A stretch of DNA of 64,000 bases from Spirochaetaceae bacterium (GCA_007693485.1 REDM01000163.1:3036-67035); one strand, 5' to 3'; shown: positions 46,942-55,434, numbered from the stretch's first letter. Numbers and translations: made by a program. The notes: generated by a model not told the origin, from the sequence alone.

Positions 46942-48174
46942 ATGGCCACCGAGATCCGACACGTTGAGAAAGAGTTCATCTTTACCAGCCTGAAAGAGAA
47001 AAAGACTCCCGTCGAGCTTCATGTCGGAACGAATCGCATTTCCGCAGTGCTCAAAGAGTTCAACGATCGGGAGCTGGTTTTTGCGGTACCTGCTGATGCA
47101 GACCCACTACGCGAACGACAGGATGCAGTCGCCTTCTTTCGCTTTCGCGACCACCCCATGACCTTTCGCACCGTTGTCGCGGAGCTGGATGGTGAGACGC
47201 TTCGACTCCGCCAGCCGAAGTTGCTGCATCGGGATCTGGGGCGCTCGTTCGAGCGTATCCTCTCGCCGGAAGGAGTGTCGGTCTCGCTCCTCGTCAAGGG
47301 GCATGAGGTCAGTCTCAGCTATCCCGCCTCGGATCTGTTTGAGCCGGTCGAAGCCCCGCAGTACGATCTGGGTTTTGACGTGACCCGTATTTCGAATCTC
47401 CTCACCGCGTTTCGCGAACGGGCCGAGCGGATCGCCGGCGAGAACCGCATCGTCATGTATCGGGAGCGTGCGCCGCAGACCATTCAGGAGCGGCTGGTCG
47501 CCACCACCGGGCGGATTCTGGTGGTTCCCCCTTGGACCGGAGATTTCCAGGCCCTCGACGTTTCGATCCGCGACCGTTTGCTGCTGAAACGCCACATCGA
47601 GGCGATGGACAACGGAGAAGAGCTGCTGGAAGAATATGAGCTGGTGTCCAACCAGCTTCGTCGCAAGCGAATTGGATCCGAAGTCTACTGCCCAATCCTT
47701 TACCGCCAGTACGTGGTCGGGTATCTCTATCTCATGTCCGCGGGTGAATCCGACGCCGATTTCACCGGGCCCGATCTTGAGTTCCTGCGCGGGTTTGCAC
47801 GCATTTTCTCCTACTCGCTCGAGGTGAACGGCTATTTCCGCTCGGAGATCGAAGAGCAGGAGCTCTCCGACACGCAGCTTATCGACATCAGCGGATCCGG
47901 GCTGCTGTTTGGTCTTGGTGTGCGGGGACCCGACCTGAGCCTCTACTCCGAGATTGACCTGCGAATCCATGTCGATGACGTGGTGTTGCCGGCCAAGGGC
48001 CGAATCATGCGGCGGTACAGCGATTCGGACCGGAACTATTACGGCGTCCACTATTCGGACATGGAACTTCAGCATATGGAGAAGCTCTTTGACGAGCTCT
48101 ACGGAAGCGACTACCGCGGTGACATCGACAGCCGTGGGGTAACCGGTGTCGACGCAGGGCCCGACGTCTTCTGA
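46942..48174 (+). CDS. PilZ-domain protein (N-terminal PilZN-like module, central region, C-terminal PilZ with atypical RxxxR)
   Basis: The C-terminal QLIDISGSGLLFG is the PilZ D-x-S-x-x-G motif within a beta-barrel pattern. The upstream position of RxxxR reads RSEIE. The N-terminal VELHVGTNRISAVLKEFNDRELVFAV resembles a YcgR/PlzA-type N-domain. Confidence 0.6.
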   Translation: MATEIRHVEKEFIFTSLKEKKTPVELHVGTNRISAVLKEFNDRELVFAVPADADPLRERQDAVAFFRFRDHPMTFRTVVAELDGETLRLRQPKLLHRDLGRSFERILSPEGVSVSLLVKGHEVSLSYPASDLFEPVEAPQYDLGFDVTRISNLLTAFRERAERIAGENRIVMYRERAPQTIQERLVATTGRILVVPPWTGDFQALDVSIRDRLLLKRHIEAMDNGEELLEEYELVSNQLRRKRIGSEVYCPILYRQYVVGYLYLMSAGESDADFTGPDLEFLRGFARIFSYSLEVNGYFRSEIEEQELSDTQLIDISGSGLLFGLGVRGPDLSLYSEIDLRIHVDDVVLPAKGRIMRRYSDSDRNYYGVHYSDMELQHMEKLFDELYGSDYRGDIDSRGVTGVDAGPDVF

Positions 48175-48234
48175 GTTGCCGGCGGTTCTGCTTCACGTTT
48201 GGTTCGCCTGAGCCGACACTTGAAAAGAGTCGCC

Positions 48235-51200
48235 ATGTACGCACTGTTTCTTGAGCTGGAAGGATTGCGCCAATTATCTCGTCTCACTCCCGACGTCGGT
48301 CGAGAACTGCTCAACTCGGTAGGTGCTACCGTTCTTCCGCTGGGTGGGGTGATCGCACAGCACGAGGGGAATCACCTGCTCGTGTTGTTTCCCCGCAGCG
48401 GAGAAGAAGACCATTATCAGGTTCTCGATGCCGGGTTCCAGCTACTTGCCGGCCTCAAACCATGGCACCAGGAGTTGATTGGATCGACGCTGGTTGCCGA
48501 ATACGTTGAAGACGAGCTGGATACCGGGTTTCGGCGATTGCGAAAGATGGTGAACCGCCTCCCGCACGACGCCGGGATATGGATTGGAACCACGGCGGAG
48601 CGAATCCTTGACGGCACGGTTGCGATGCGTCGGGATCGCGGGTTCGCCCTCATTGACGCTCCCACGCAGAGCGAATCGCGCGGGCCGGTTGACTGTCACA
48701 CGTTTTTGCGCAGCGACGAAGCGGTCATCGAAGCTCTCGATGCGATGGAGCCGTGGATTGTCGGTGATGCGCCGCCGGCGATGCTGCTGTTTCGTTCCCG
48801 CGATCGCCGCCACGCGCGCGCGGTTGCCGAACACGTCGCGGGCGATCTCTGCGGAACCGCCGCCGAGCCTCGGTGGATTTCTCTCTACCCATCCGAGCGC
48901 GAAGATGCCGCCGTCGCACCAATTGCGAACTCGGTATTCCCGGGAGAGAGTCTGAACGCCTTTCTTCATTCGTACGAAGCCGCGCTGCGGGATCGATGTG
49001 TGGTGGTGCTCGACGGGGTTCGCAACGCGCCGGCGACGCCCGGGGTGTTTGACCACCTGGAAACGGATGTGTTGAGCTCGTTTGGACTGGCCGTCCTCGC
49101 CCGGTATCGCGAACTTCGATCACAGCTGATTCCGCCGGTTATGGTTCTTGAAAACATTGATCATTTCTCTGTCGAGAGCGTTCGATTGATACGTCGGGTG
49201 TACGATCGCCTTGAGCCGGAGGTTCGACCCTTCCTTCTGGCCACCTCTGCACACGCGACCGTTCCCGTCGCGTTTGCTGATCTTCTCATGCAGGTCATCG
49301 CGCTCCAACGACCAACCGCCGCCACTATCGCAGCCGCCGCCGATCGAATGCTTTCCGACACCGCCAAGCGGAGCGTGCGGATTGCCGACAGCCTGCGCCG
49401 TTCGGGGGGGATGTTCTCACGGCTCTATCACCACTTTGTCTGCGTGCACGATGCGCTCAATCATTCCGCCGCCCATCGCACACCAATAGCCCCCGCACCC
49501 GAGAACACCGGAGGAAACTCACCCGACACCGATGAGGATACCCCGGCCGAGCTGTCGGCGACCCTCGATCTTGTTGATCGGCTGCATCAGGATGAGCGGG
49601 AGATCCTGGCCGTTGCTTGTCTGGTAGGCGGGCGGGTAGGTGCTGCGCTCGCCGGGGAGATTGCGCATGCCCTGTCGTTTGACCCGTTGCGGGTTCGTCA
49701 GGTTGCGCGGCGGCTGGCCTCACTGGGGCTGGTTCGCGACGCGGGATCGCTCTTCGTTGAGAACGGGAGTCTCCGCGATGCCGTATTACAAAGCGTCGAA
49801 GGCGACACCAGGCGGATCCGCTCGGCGGTCGCACGAACCCTGCTCTCGATGGTGGAGACAGATCAGATCCACCTCACCCGTTCGCTGATTTCCGTTGTCT
49901 CTTCCACGGGAGAGGACTGGTTGCCGGCGTTTCGCGCGTTTCTGCGACACGCGCTGGATGCACGCCGGTTCGACCGGGTCCTCCCGATCTTTGGCTCGGC
50001 CGCGGACGTTCGTGGCGCAACTGACCGTCCCGACCTGTTCGATGACCTGCTCGCGTTCGCACAGCTGCGGATGGCGCTGCTCGCCGGCGATGAGACAAGC
50101 GCTGATCAACGGTACGTGGAATACTCGGAAGGACCTCGCACACCCGCGCCGTTTGATCGTTCGGTTGCCGCCGACGGTGCCCTTGAGCTGGCACGCTACG
50201 CCGCGGCAAAGGGCGATTTCCCGCGGGCACGTTCGATGTGCAAACAGGCGATCATGGGGTATCAGGATGCCGATGACTCCGCGGGGGTAGGAAGGGCGAA
50301 TCTGGAGTTTGGATCTCTGCTGCTTGGTCGGGAGCAGATCGGCGACGCACGCGATTATTTCCTCATGACCAGACCTCCGTCGGGAAGCGGGCGGTACGGA
50401 TACGACGAGGTGCGGGGGGTGCTCTCGGAGATCGTCTGTCTGTTTGTCTCCGGGCATCTTACACGGGTACGTGGACACGTGCAGATGATTCGAAACCATG
50501 CTCACGGACTGGGAATGCGCGATGTTGAGTTGTTGCTGGATCTGGTTGAGGGGCGGGTAGCGTTTGAGCTGGGGATGTACGATGAGGCGACCAGCCACCT
50601 GGAGCAGGGCCTCTGCTCGGCGAGGATCTACGACAATGCTGCGGCCGCGGCGGTCTTTCGAGCGTGGATCGCACGCTGTCTTGTATACCGAGACGATCCG
50701 CGAACCGCGTTGTGCGCACTTGAAGAAATGGACACACGAGGTGAAGTGCGCCTGTTCCGCGCGGAGGCACTCTATCGCATGGATATGCCGCGCGAGGCCG
50801 GTGCGCAGCTTACTGACCAGGAGCCCGATGGGAGAACCGTGTTTCGGTCTCCCGAAACGATCGACTGGTCCGACGGATTTGCCCCCCTTGAGAATCGTGC
50901 CTTCGGGGTAAGCGCAGGGGAGTCGGTGCTGCGTAACCAGGCTACCTCGCTTGGCGCCTATCTCACCGCAGTGAACGGTGAGGTGGACGACGCCATCGAA
51001 CAGATGCACCGGCTTACCCGGCAGGAGAAGATCTCCACAAACGACCCGTATAATCGCCTCTACTACTTTCTGTACAGCGAAATTCTCCCACGATCCAAGA
51101 GCCCCGATCGTGAGGACTATCTGACCATTCTGGGAAAGTCGGTGAAATACATGCAGGAGCGCAACAGCCGCCTCGACGAATACCGGGACAAGACGTCGTT

Positions 51201-51264
51201 TCTCTCTCGAAACTACTGGAACCGGCTTCTGCTCGAAGAAGCGCGCACCCATAACCTGATATAA
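48235..51264 (+). CDS. Large regulatory scaffold: class-III-cyclase-like N-domain, AAA_16/STAND-like region and C-terminal TPR-like repeats, with catalytic motifs apparently degenerate
   Basis: ATG 48235. N-terminus YALFLELEG....GGVIAQHEGNHLLVLF versus the cyclase pattern F.D..GFT...GG...K..GD....F (metal Asp positions not conserved). The expected Walker A position reads LLFRSRDRRHARAV, and the Walker-B-like block is VMVLENIDHFSVESVRLIRRV. The C-terminal half is helical-repeat rich. Confidence 0.5.
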   Translation: MYALFLELEGLRQLSRLTPDVGRELLNSVGATVLPLGGVIAQHEGNHLLVLFPRSGEEDHYQVLDAGFQLLAGLKPWHQELIGSTLVAEYVEDELDTGFRRLRKMVNRLPHDAGIWIGTTAERILDGTVAMRRDRGFALIDAPTQSESRGPVDCHTFLRSDEAVIEALDAMEPWIVGDAPPAMLLFRSRDRRHARAVAEHVAGDLCGTAAEPRWISLYPSEREDAAVAPIANSVFPGESLNAFLHSYEAALRDRCVVVLDGVRNAPATPGVFDHLETDVLSSFGLAVLARYRELRSQLIPPVMVLENIDHFSVESVRLIRRVYDRLEPEVRPFLLATSAHATVPVAFADLLMQVIALQRPTAATIAAAADRMLSDTAKRSVRIADSLRRSGGMFSRLYHHFVCVHDALNHSAAHRTPIAPAPENTGGNSPDTDEDTPAELSATLDLVDRLHQDEREILAVACLVGGRVGAALAGEIAHALSFDPLRVRQVARRLASLGLVRDAGSLFVENGSLRDAVLQSVEGDTRRIRSAVARTLLSMVETDQIHLTRSLISVVSSTGEDWLPAFRAFLRHALDARRFDRVLPIFGSAADVRGATDRPDLFDDLLAFAQLRMALLAGDETSADQRYVEYSEGPRTPAPFDRSVAADGALELARYAAAKGDFPRARSMCKQAIMGYQDADDSAGVGRANLEFGSLLLGREQIGDARDYFLMTRPPSGSGRYGYDEVRGVLSEIVCLFVSGHLTRVRGHVQMIRNHAHGLGMRDVELLLDLVEGRVAFELGMYDEATSHLEQGLCSARIYDNAAAAAVFRAWIARCLVYRDDPRTALCALEEMDTRGEVRLFRAEALYRMDMPREAGAQLTDQEPDGRTVFRSPETIDWSDGFAPLENRAFGVSAGESVLRNQATSLGAYLTAVNGEVDDAIEQMHRLTRQEKISTNDPYNRLYYFLYSEILPRSKSPDREDYLTILGKSVKYMQERNSRLDEYRDKTSFLSRNYWNRLLLEEARTHNLI

Positions 51265-51295
51265 TCTCCGTCGGCGTTCGATCGCAGCATCTTTC

Positions 51296-51324
51296 TTGAC
51301 ACTCTTGGGCGCCGTTGGTATAGT
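51296..51324 (+). promoter_or_regulatory. Near-consensus sigma70-type promoter for the tRNA gene
   Basis: TTGACA (51296-51301), 17-nt spacer, TATAGT (51319-51324). The tRNA 5' end lies 17 nt downstream of the -10 element. Confidence 0.7.
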
Positions 51325-51340
51325 GGCGACCAATTCACGC

Positions 51341-51413
51341 GGTGGCGTAGCTCAGTCGGTAGAGCAAGCGGCTCATATCCGCTCGGTCAGGGGTTCAAGT
51401 CCCTTCGCCACTA
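51341..51413 (+). tRNA. tRNA with anticodon CAT (elongator Met or lysidine-modified Ile2; not initiator-like), CCA not encoded
   Basis: Manual cloverleaf: acceptor GGTGGCG/CGCCACT (G1-U72 wobble), D arm GCTC-AGTCGGTA-GAGC, anticodon arm AGCGG-CTCATAT-CCGCT, variable loop CGGTC, T arm AGGGG-TTCAAGT-CCCTT, discriminator A. The anticodon stem lacks the three G-C pairs of initiator tRNA. Confidence 0.85.
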
Positions 51414-51426
51414 CTTCGGTTTCTGG

Positions 51427-51942
51427 TTACGGTTTGGTTGGTGTGGTGTCCGGTGTGCTTCCTCGTGTCGCACGCCGGTCCTTGAGTTCGGTCAGGGTTT
51501 CAATCTCGGTCACAAACTCATCAACGCCCGCATAGTTTCGGTACACCGAGGCAAAACGGATATAGGCAACCCGGTCAAGGTCGTAGAGCTTATCCAGAAC
51601 CATTTCGCCAATCTGGGTCGAGGTGACCTCGTGGGTCGCGCGACCGAGCATCATGGCGGCTTCTTCCACCTCGTCGAGCATACCCTCGATCTGCATCTGA
51701 GAGACAGGGCGTTTTCTCAGAGCCTGTTGAATGCCTTTTTCCAACTTCTCCCGATCAAACGGCTCTCGTCGCGAATTGGTCTTCTTGATGACCATCAGCA
51801 CCTTCTCTTCGATCGTTTCGTACGATGTGAACCGGTACCCGCAGGCTGCGCATTCACGTCGACGTCGGATGCTTCCACCACCGGCGAGGGTGCGGGATTC
51901 TATCACTCGATCATCGAGACTCTTGCAACGAGGGCATCGCAT
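51427..51942 (-). CDS. nrdR: Transcriptional repressor NrdR
   Basis: MRCPRCKS...ECAACGYRFTSYE zinc ribbon followed by an ATP-cone (VIKKTNSRREPFDREKLEKGI). ATG 51942 is preferred over the track start. Confidence 0.9.
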   Translation of the reverse strand: MRCPRCKSLDDRVIESRTLAGGGSIRRRRECAACGYRFTSYETIEEKVLMVIKKTNSRREPFDREKLEKGIQQALRKRPVSQMQIEGMLDEVEEAAMMLGRATHEVTSTQIGEMVLDKLYDLDRVAYIRFASVYRNYAGVDEFVTEIETLTELKDRRATRGSTPDTTPTKP

Positions 51943-51992
51943 GGGCAGAGTATACCCGAAAACAGGAATCGATACACAACAAGGAGCACGGG

Positions 51993-52670
51993 GTGGAACG
52001 AGATCAGACACTCACCGCTCGTCGGTGGGGAAATGCGGACTCCAGTACCGCGGTAGTTCTGCTGCACGGATTTGGAGCCGACTACGACGACCTGGTGCCG
52101 CTTGGGCGCCACATCGATCCCGAGGGACGGTGGGACTGGCATTTCCCCCGAGCGCCCGTGGACATGCGGGTGGGAGGGGTCCCCTATGGTCGAGCGTGGT
52201 TTCCTGACCAGGAAAGCGATTTGATGCAGGCGCTTACCGGGCACTACTTCCAGGAGCTTGAGTCCATCGATCCCGACGGCCTGCGATCTTCGGGAGCGCA
52301 GATCGCCGACTACTGCCGAGCCGAAATCAGCCCAACCGCGCAGCTTGTTCTCGGCGGATTCAGCCAGGGTGCCATGGTAAGCGTCGAGGCGTGTCTGCAG
52401 CTGGATCGCCCGATACGCGGTGTTTTGCTCTGCTCCGGCGCGGTGATTGCCGCGGAACGCACAGAGCGGCAGCTGGCCAACCGTGAACCGCTGCACTTCG
52501 TGCAGGCGCACGGCACCGAAGACGCAGTGCTCGAGTACCGGGCCGGGGTTCGTCTCTTTGACCTGCTGAAAGGAGCAGGGTGGAACGGTCGGCTCATTAC
52601 CTTCACCGGAGGACACACCATCCCCTCGGAGGCGCTCGTCGCGCTCGAGGAGATGATGGAAACGTGCTGA
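51993..52670 (+). CDS. Alpha/beta hydrolase (phospholipase/carboxylesterase family)
   Basis: VVLLHGFGADYDDL, nucleophile elbow GFSQGA, and a C-terminal H in GGHTI. GTG start is preceded by AAGGAG. Confidence 0.8.
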   Translation: MERDQTLTARRWGNADSSTAVVLLHGFGADYDDLVPLGRHIDPEGRWDWHFPRAPVDMRVGGVPYGRAWFPDQESDLMQALTGHYFQELESIDPDGLRSSGAQIADYCRAEISPTAQLVLGGFSQGAMVSVEACLQLDRPIRGVLLCSGAVIAAERTERQLANREPLHFVQAHGTEDAVLEYRAGVRLFDLLKGAGWNGRLITFTGGHTIPSEALVALEEMMETC

Positions 52671-52691
52671 GTTTCCGGTGAGGCGGGTGGT

Positions 52692-53084
52692 TTATTGGCC
52701 CGTCAGGGCAATGGCTTCGACTTCTACCGAAGCCCCTTTCGGTAGGGCCGAAACCTCTACGCACGAACGCGCGGGGTAGGGCTTGTTGAGCCGACGCTCG
52801 AACACCTCATTCACAATCGGGAAGTTGCCAAGGTCGGTGAGGAAGCAGAGGATCTTCACCACGCGATCAATCGATGAGCCCGCCGCGATGAGGACCGCCT
52901 CGAGGTTGTCCATGACCTGCTCTGCCTGCCGATGGAAGTCTTCCGACACCAGAACGCCGGTAGCCGGGTCGAGGGGTATCTGACCGGAGGTAAATACCAA
53001 CTGGTCCGTTCGAATTGCCTGAGAATAGGGGCCGATGGCCGCGGGGGATGCCGTGGTAGATATTGCTTCTCGATTGCTGCTCAT
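52692..53084 (-). CDS. ridA: RidA family (YjgF/L-PSP) enamine/imine deaminase
   Basis: APAAIGPYSQAI, VFTSGQIPLDP and ARSCVEVSALPKGASVEVEAIA blocks. Confidence 0.9.
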   Translation of the reverse strand: MSSNREAISTTASPAAIGPYSQAIRTDQLVFTSGQIPLDPATGVLVSEDFHRQAEQVMDNLEAVLIAAGSSIDRVVKILCFLTDLGNFPIVNEVFERRLNKPYPARSCVEVSALPKGASVEVEAIALTGQ

Positions 53085-53123
53085 GGCTATCTCTCCTTGA
53101 TTGGGTCGCGGGTCGCCTGCCGA

Positions 53124-53909
53124 CTACACCCGTGCCTCGCGAATGTAATTGTACACGGTATAGCGCGAAACGCCGAGCTCTTTGGCAACAATCTCTACGG
53201 CGCCTTTGACATCAAAGATTCCCTGACCGTAGAGTTCACTGACCACGAGCTTGTTCTTGACCTGATGCGACATCTCCCGTTTGGGGTGGATCTGCGAAAT
53301 CGCGGTATCCAGCGAGCGTCGCACCAACTCTTCGGTGCTCATGACAAAATGCTCCGGAGAATCCTCGGGGCGTGGCTCGCCTCCCGATGGGAAAAACTGC
53401 GCGATGATCTCCAACAGCGGCGCCGATAGGTTCATGTTGATACAGAGCATTCCGATTGGCTTTGCTCCGTTTCGAATCAGGGCCGTGACCGACTTGAGGG
53501 TCTTTCCGTCGTTGGTTGTGCTGAAGTAGCTGCCGACCACATCGTCTTCAACGGTCCGGGTGCTCTTCAGCACCTTGATACCGAGATCGGTAATGGGCGA
53601 TCCCACCGAACGGCCGGTGACGTGGCCGTTGCGGATCTTGATAATCGAATGGCCGAGGTCCTCGAGCGAGTGGATCAGCACCTCGCACTGATTCCCAAAG
53701 AGCGTGGCGATTGCATCCACCACGGGGCTAAGGGAGTCAAGCAGCGCGCGATCGCCGGCGGTAAGAGTGAGGCCCTCCAGCTCAAGCTCGTCGATGGGTC
53801 CGCCAAACTCCTCGATGATCGCTGTTTCCCGCTCCGTCGTCTCTCGCTCTGCCACAAAGTCTTCTCCTCTTGACCGCGGATCCGTTTCGCGTACGGTGGT
53901 TCGATTCAC
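53124..53909 (-). CDS. YheO/DauR-like transcriptional regulator (PAS-like sensor plus C-terminal HTH)
   Basis: LSPVVDAIATLFGNQCEVLIHSLEDLGHSIIKIRNGHVTGRSVGSPITD and the C-terminal VAKELGVSRYTVYNYIRE HTH. It overlaps the patB-like stop by 4 nt. Confidence 0.75.
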   Translation of the reverse strand: MNRTTVRETDPRSRGEDFVAERETTERETAIIEEFGGPIDELELEGLTLTAGDRALLDSLSPVVDAIATLFGNQCEVLIHSLEDLGHSIIKIRNGHVTGRSVGSPITDLGIKVLKSTRTVEDDVVGSYFSTTNDGKTLKSVTALIRNGAKPIGMLCINMNLSAPLLEIIAQFFPSGGEPRPEDSPEHFVMSTEELVRRSLDTAISQIHPKREMSHQVKNKLVVSELYGQGIFDVKGAVEIVAKELGVSRYTVYNYIREARV

Positions 53910-55105
53910 AGGACCGCCGCAATTCGTGAGACGCCTTCTTCCACCATTGCCCTCGGGCAGCCGATGTTGATCCGCATATGGCCGTCTCCACCTTCACCAA
54001 AGCTGGTGCCGTCGTTCAACCCGACCTGAGCGCCGCAGAAGATGGTCTCACGAAGAGCCGCCTGCGACAGACCGAGCTTTGAGAAATTGAGCCACATCAG
54101 AAAGGTGCCTTCCGGCTGCACGGCGCTGACCTGTGGAATGTCACGCGCCAGTCGCTGTTGAACGTACTCCACGTTTGCCGCGAGATAGGGCAGTGCCTGG
54201 TCGAGCCAGGGGCCTCCGTACCGATACGCGGCTTCAGCCGCTGCGATCGCAAACACATTCGCGGTGTAGAGGCCGAATACCCGTTCCTGCGCCTGGTCAA
54301 ACGCGTGCCGCATTCTGGTGTTCTCGGTGATGATGACCGACGCTTTCAACCCCGCGATGTTGAAGGTCTTGCTGGGAGCAACACCGGTTATGGTTCGTGC
54401 CGAAATCTCCGGCGACAGGGATGCAAAGGGTGTGTGGTGAAACCCGGGGAATACCAGATCGCCGTGAATCTCATCGGCAAAGACCAGAAGGTCGTGCCGC
54501 TGCACGATGTCTGCGAGCCGCTCCAACTCTGCACGGGTCCAGACGCGACCCACCGGGTTATGTGGACTGCACAACAGCAGCATGCGCGTTCGATCGTCAA
54601 TCTGCTCTTCCAGAGCGTCGAAGTCCATCTCGTAACGACCATCGCGCAACACGAGCTGGTTGTTCACCACCTGCCGACCGTTGTTGCGAATCGAGGCGAG
54701 GAAGGGTGGATAGACCGGTGACTGCAGAATAATGCGGTCCCCCGGCGCGGTGAAGGTCTGGATCGCAACGTTCATGCCGGTAATCACGCCGGGCGAGTAG
54801 GAAAGCGAACCCGGCTGCACCGACCACCGGTGGCGGGTATCGAGCCAGCTGACGATGGCGTCGTAGTAGCCTGAGGGCATCTCGGAGTATCCGTAGACGC
54901 CGTGACCCGCGACGCGAAGCACCGCTTCCATGACCTCCGGCGGCGACTGGAAGTCCATGTCCGCAACCCACATGGGAAGCATCTGGTCCGCGCCGTCGCA
55001 GCAGGTGCAGAAGTCCCACTTGACCGAGTTGGTTCGCTTTCGGTCGATTACCGTATCAAAATCGTATACATGCAGGGTTCTCACAGTCTCTTTGCCTCTC
55101 GTCAC
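53906..55105 (-). CDS. PatB/MalY-type PLP-dependent aminotransferase (cysteine-S-conjugate beta-lyase family)
   Basis: YDFDTVIDRKRTNSVKW, MWVADMDF and SPHNPVGRVW, with the SKTFNIAGLK PLP-lysine block. GTG 55084 (RBS GAGAGG) is a plausible alternative start, given the promoter at 55119-55146. Confidence 0.85.
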   Translation of the reverse strand: MTRGKETVRTLHVYDFDTVIDRKRTNSVKWDFCTCCDGADQMLPMWVADMDFQSPPEVMEAVLRVAGHGVYGYSEMPSGYYDAIVSWLDTRHRWSVQPGSLSYSPGVITGMNVAIQTFTAPGDRIILQSPVYPPFLASIRNNGRQVVNNQLVLRDGRYEMDFDALEEQIDDRTRMLLLCSPHNPVGRVWTRAELERLADIVQRHDLLVFADEIHGDLVFPGFHHTPFASLSPEISARTITGVAPSKTFNIAGLKASVIITENTRMRHAFDQAQERVFGLYTANVFAIAAAEAAYRYGGPWLDQALPYLAANVEYVQQRLARDIPQVSAVQPEGTFLMWLNFSKLGLSQAALRETIFCGAQVGLNDGTSFGEGGDGHMRINIGCPRAMVEEGVSRIAAVL

Positions 55106-55118
55106 GATGCTGGCGCCG

Positions 55119-55146
55119 ATTATACCCGGCCGTTAAAATATGTCAA
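55119..55146 (-). promoter_or_regulatory. Consensus sigma70-type promoter driving the patB-yheO(-ridA) genes
   Basis: The minus strand reads TTGACA (55146-55141), 16-nt spacer, TATAAT (55124-55119). Confidence 0.65.
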
Positions 55147-55175
55147 CAAAACTTGCAAAAATATTTTATTCCGGC

Positions 55176-55204
55176 TTGACAAAACGCATCGGTATACCGA
55201 TACT
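55176..55204 (+). promoter_or_regulatory. Sigma70-type promoter for the liv-type ABC transporter operon
   Basis: TTGACA (55176-55181), 17-nt spacer, GATACT (55199-55204). This predicts a ~230-nt leader before ATG 55435. Confidence 0.6.
55188..55201. promoter_or_regulatory. Perfect 14-bp palindrome ATCGGTATACCGAT inside the liv promoter spacer and -10 element (candidate operator)
   Basis: Read directly from the sequence. The half-site CGGTA recurs as AACGGTAGGAT (~55254) and ATCGGTAGATT (~55360) in the leader. Confidence 0.5.
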
Positions 55205-55215
55205 CGCGCTTGTTG

Positions 55216-55248
55216 AGCACTGAATCGTAGATGGCTAGATTCAGTGCT
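55216..55248 (+). promoter_or_regulatory. Strong 5'-proximal stem-loop in the liv leader
   Basis: AGCACTGAATC (55216-26) pairs perfectly with GATTCAGTGCT (55238-48). After a bulged G, an inner TAG/CTA extension closes a 4-nt loop. No U-tract follows, so it is not a canonical terminator. Confidence 0.55.
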
Positions 55249-55382
55249 ACAAAACGGTAGGATGCGGGAGCCGATCCCGGCGTGACCGAGGCTGGGCAGT
55301 AGAGACTTGGGGCACAGTTCCTTCCGAATCGAAGAGGTTGTCCGGCGCGTTGCGCCGGCATCGGTAGATTCATGAGGGGCGT

Positions 55383-55399
55383 TGTTGATAAAATCAACA
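55383..55399. promoter_or_regulatory. 17-bp palindrome TGTTGAT-AAA-ATCAACA 35 nt upstream of the livK-like start (operator or small hairpin)
   Basis: Perfect 7-bp arms read directly from the sequence. Confidence 0.4.
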
Positions 55400-55434
55400 C
55401 TGCTACTCATAATGCACACTGCAAGGAGGTTCCT

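Noticed and set aside
55250-55300. Resemblance of CGGTAGGATGCGGGAGCCGATCC in the liv leader to the 3' part of the GEMM-I c-di-GMP riboswitch (CGGUAGGUAGCGGGGUUACCGAUGG).
   Set aside because: Only this short stretch is similar. I could not find the conserved 5' half (GCAAA...GACGCAAAGCC) or the two-hairpin architecture. It needs an Infernal scan before any claim.
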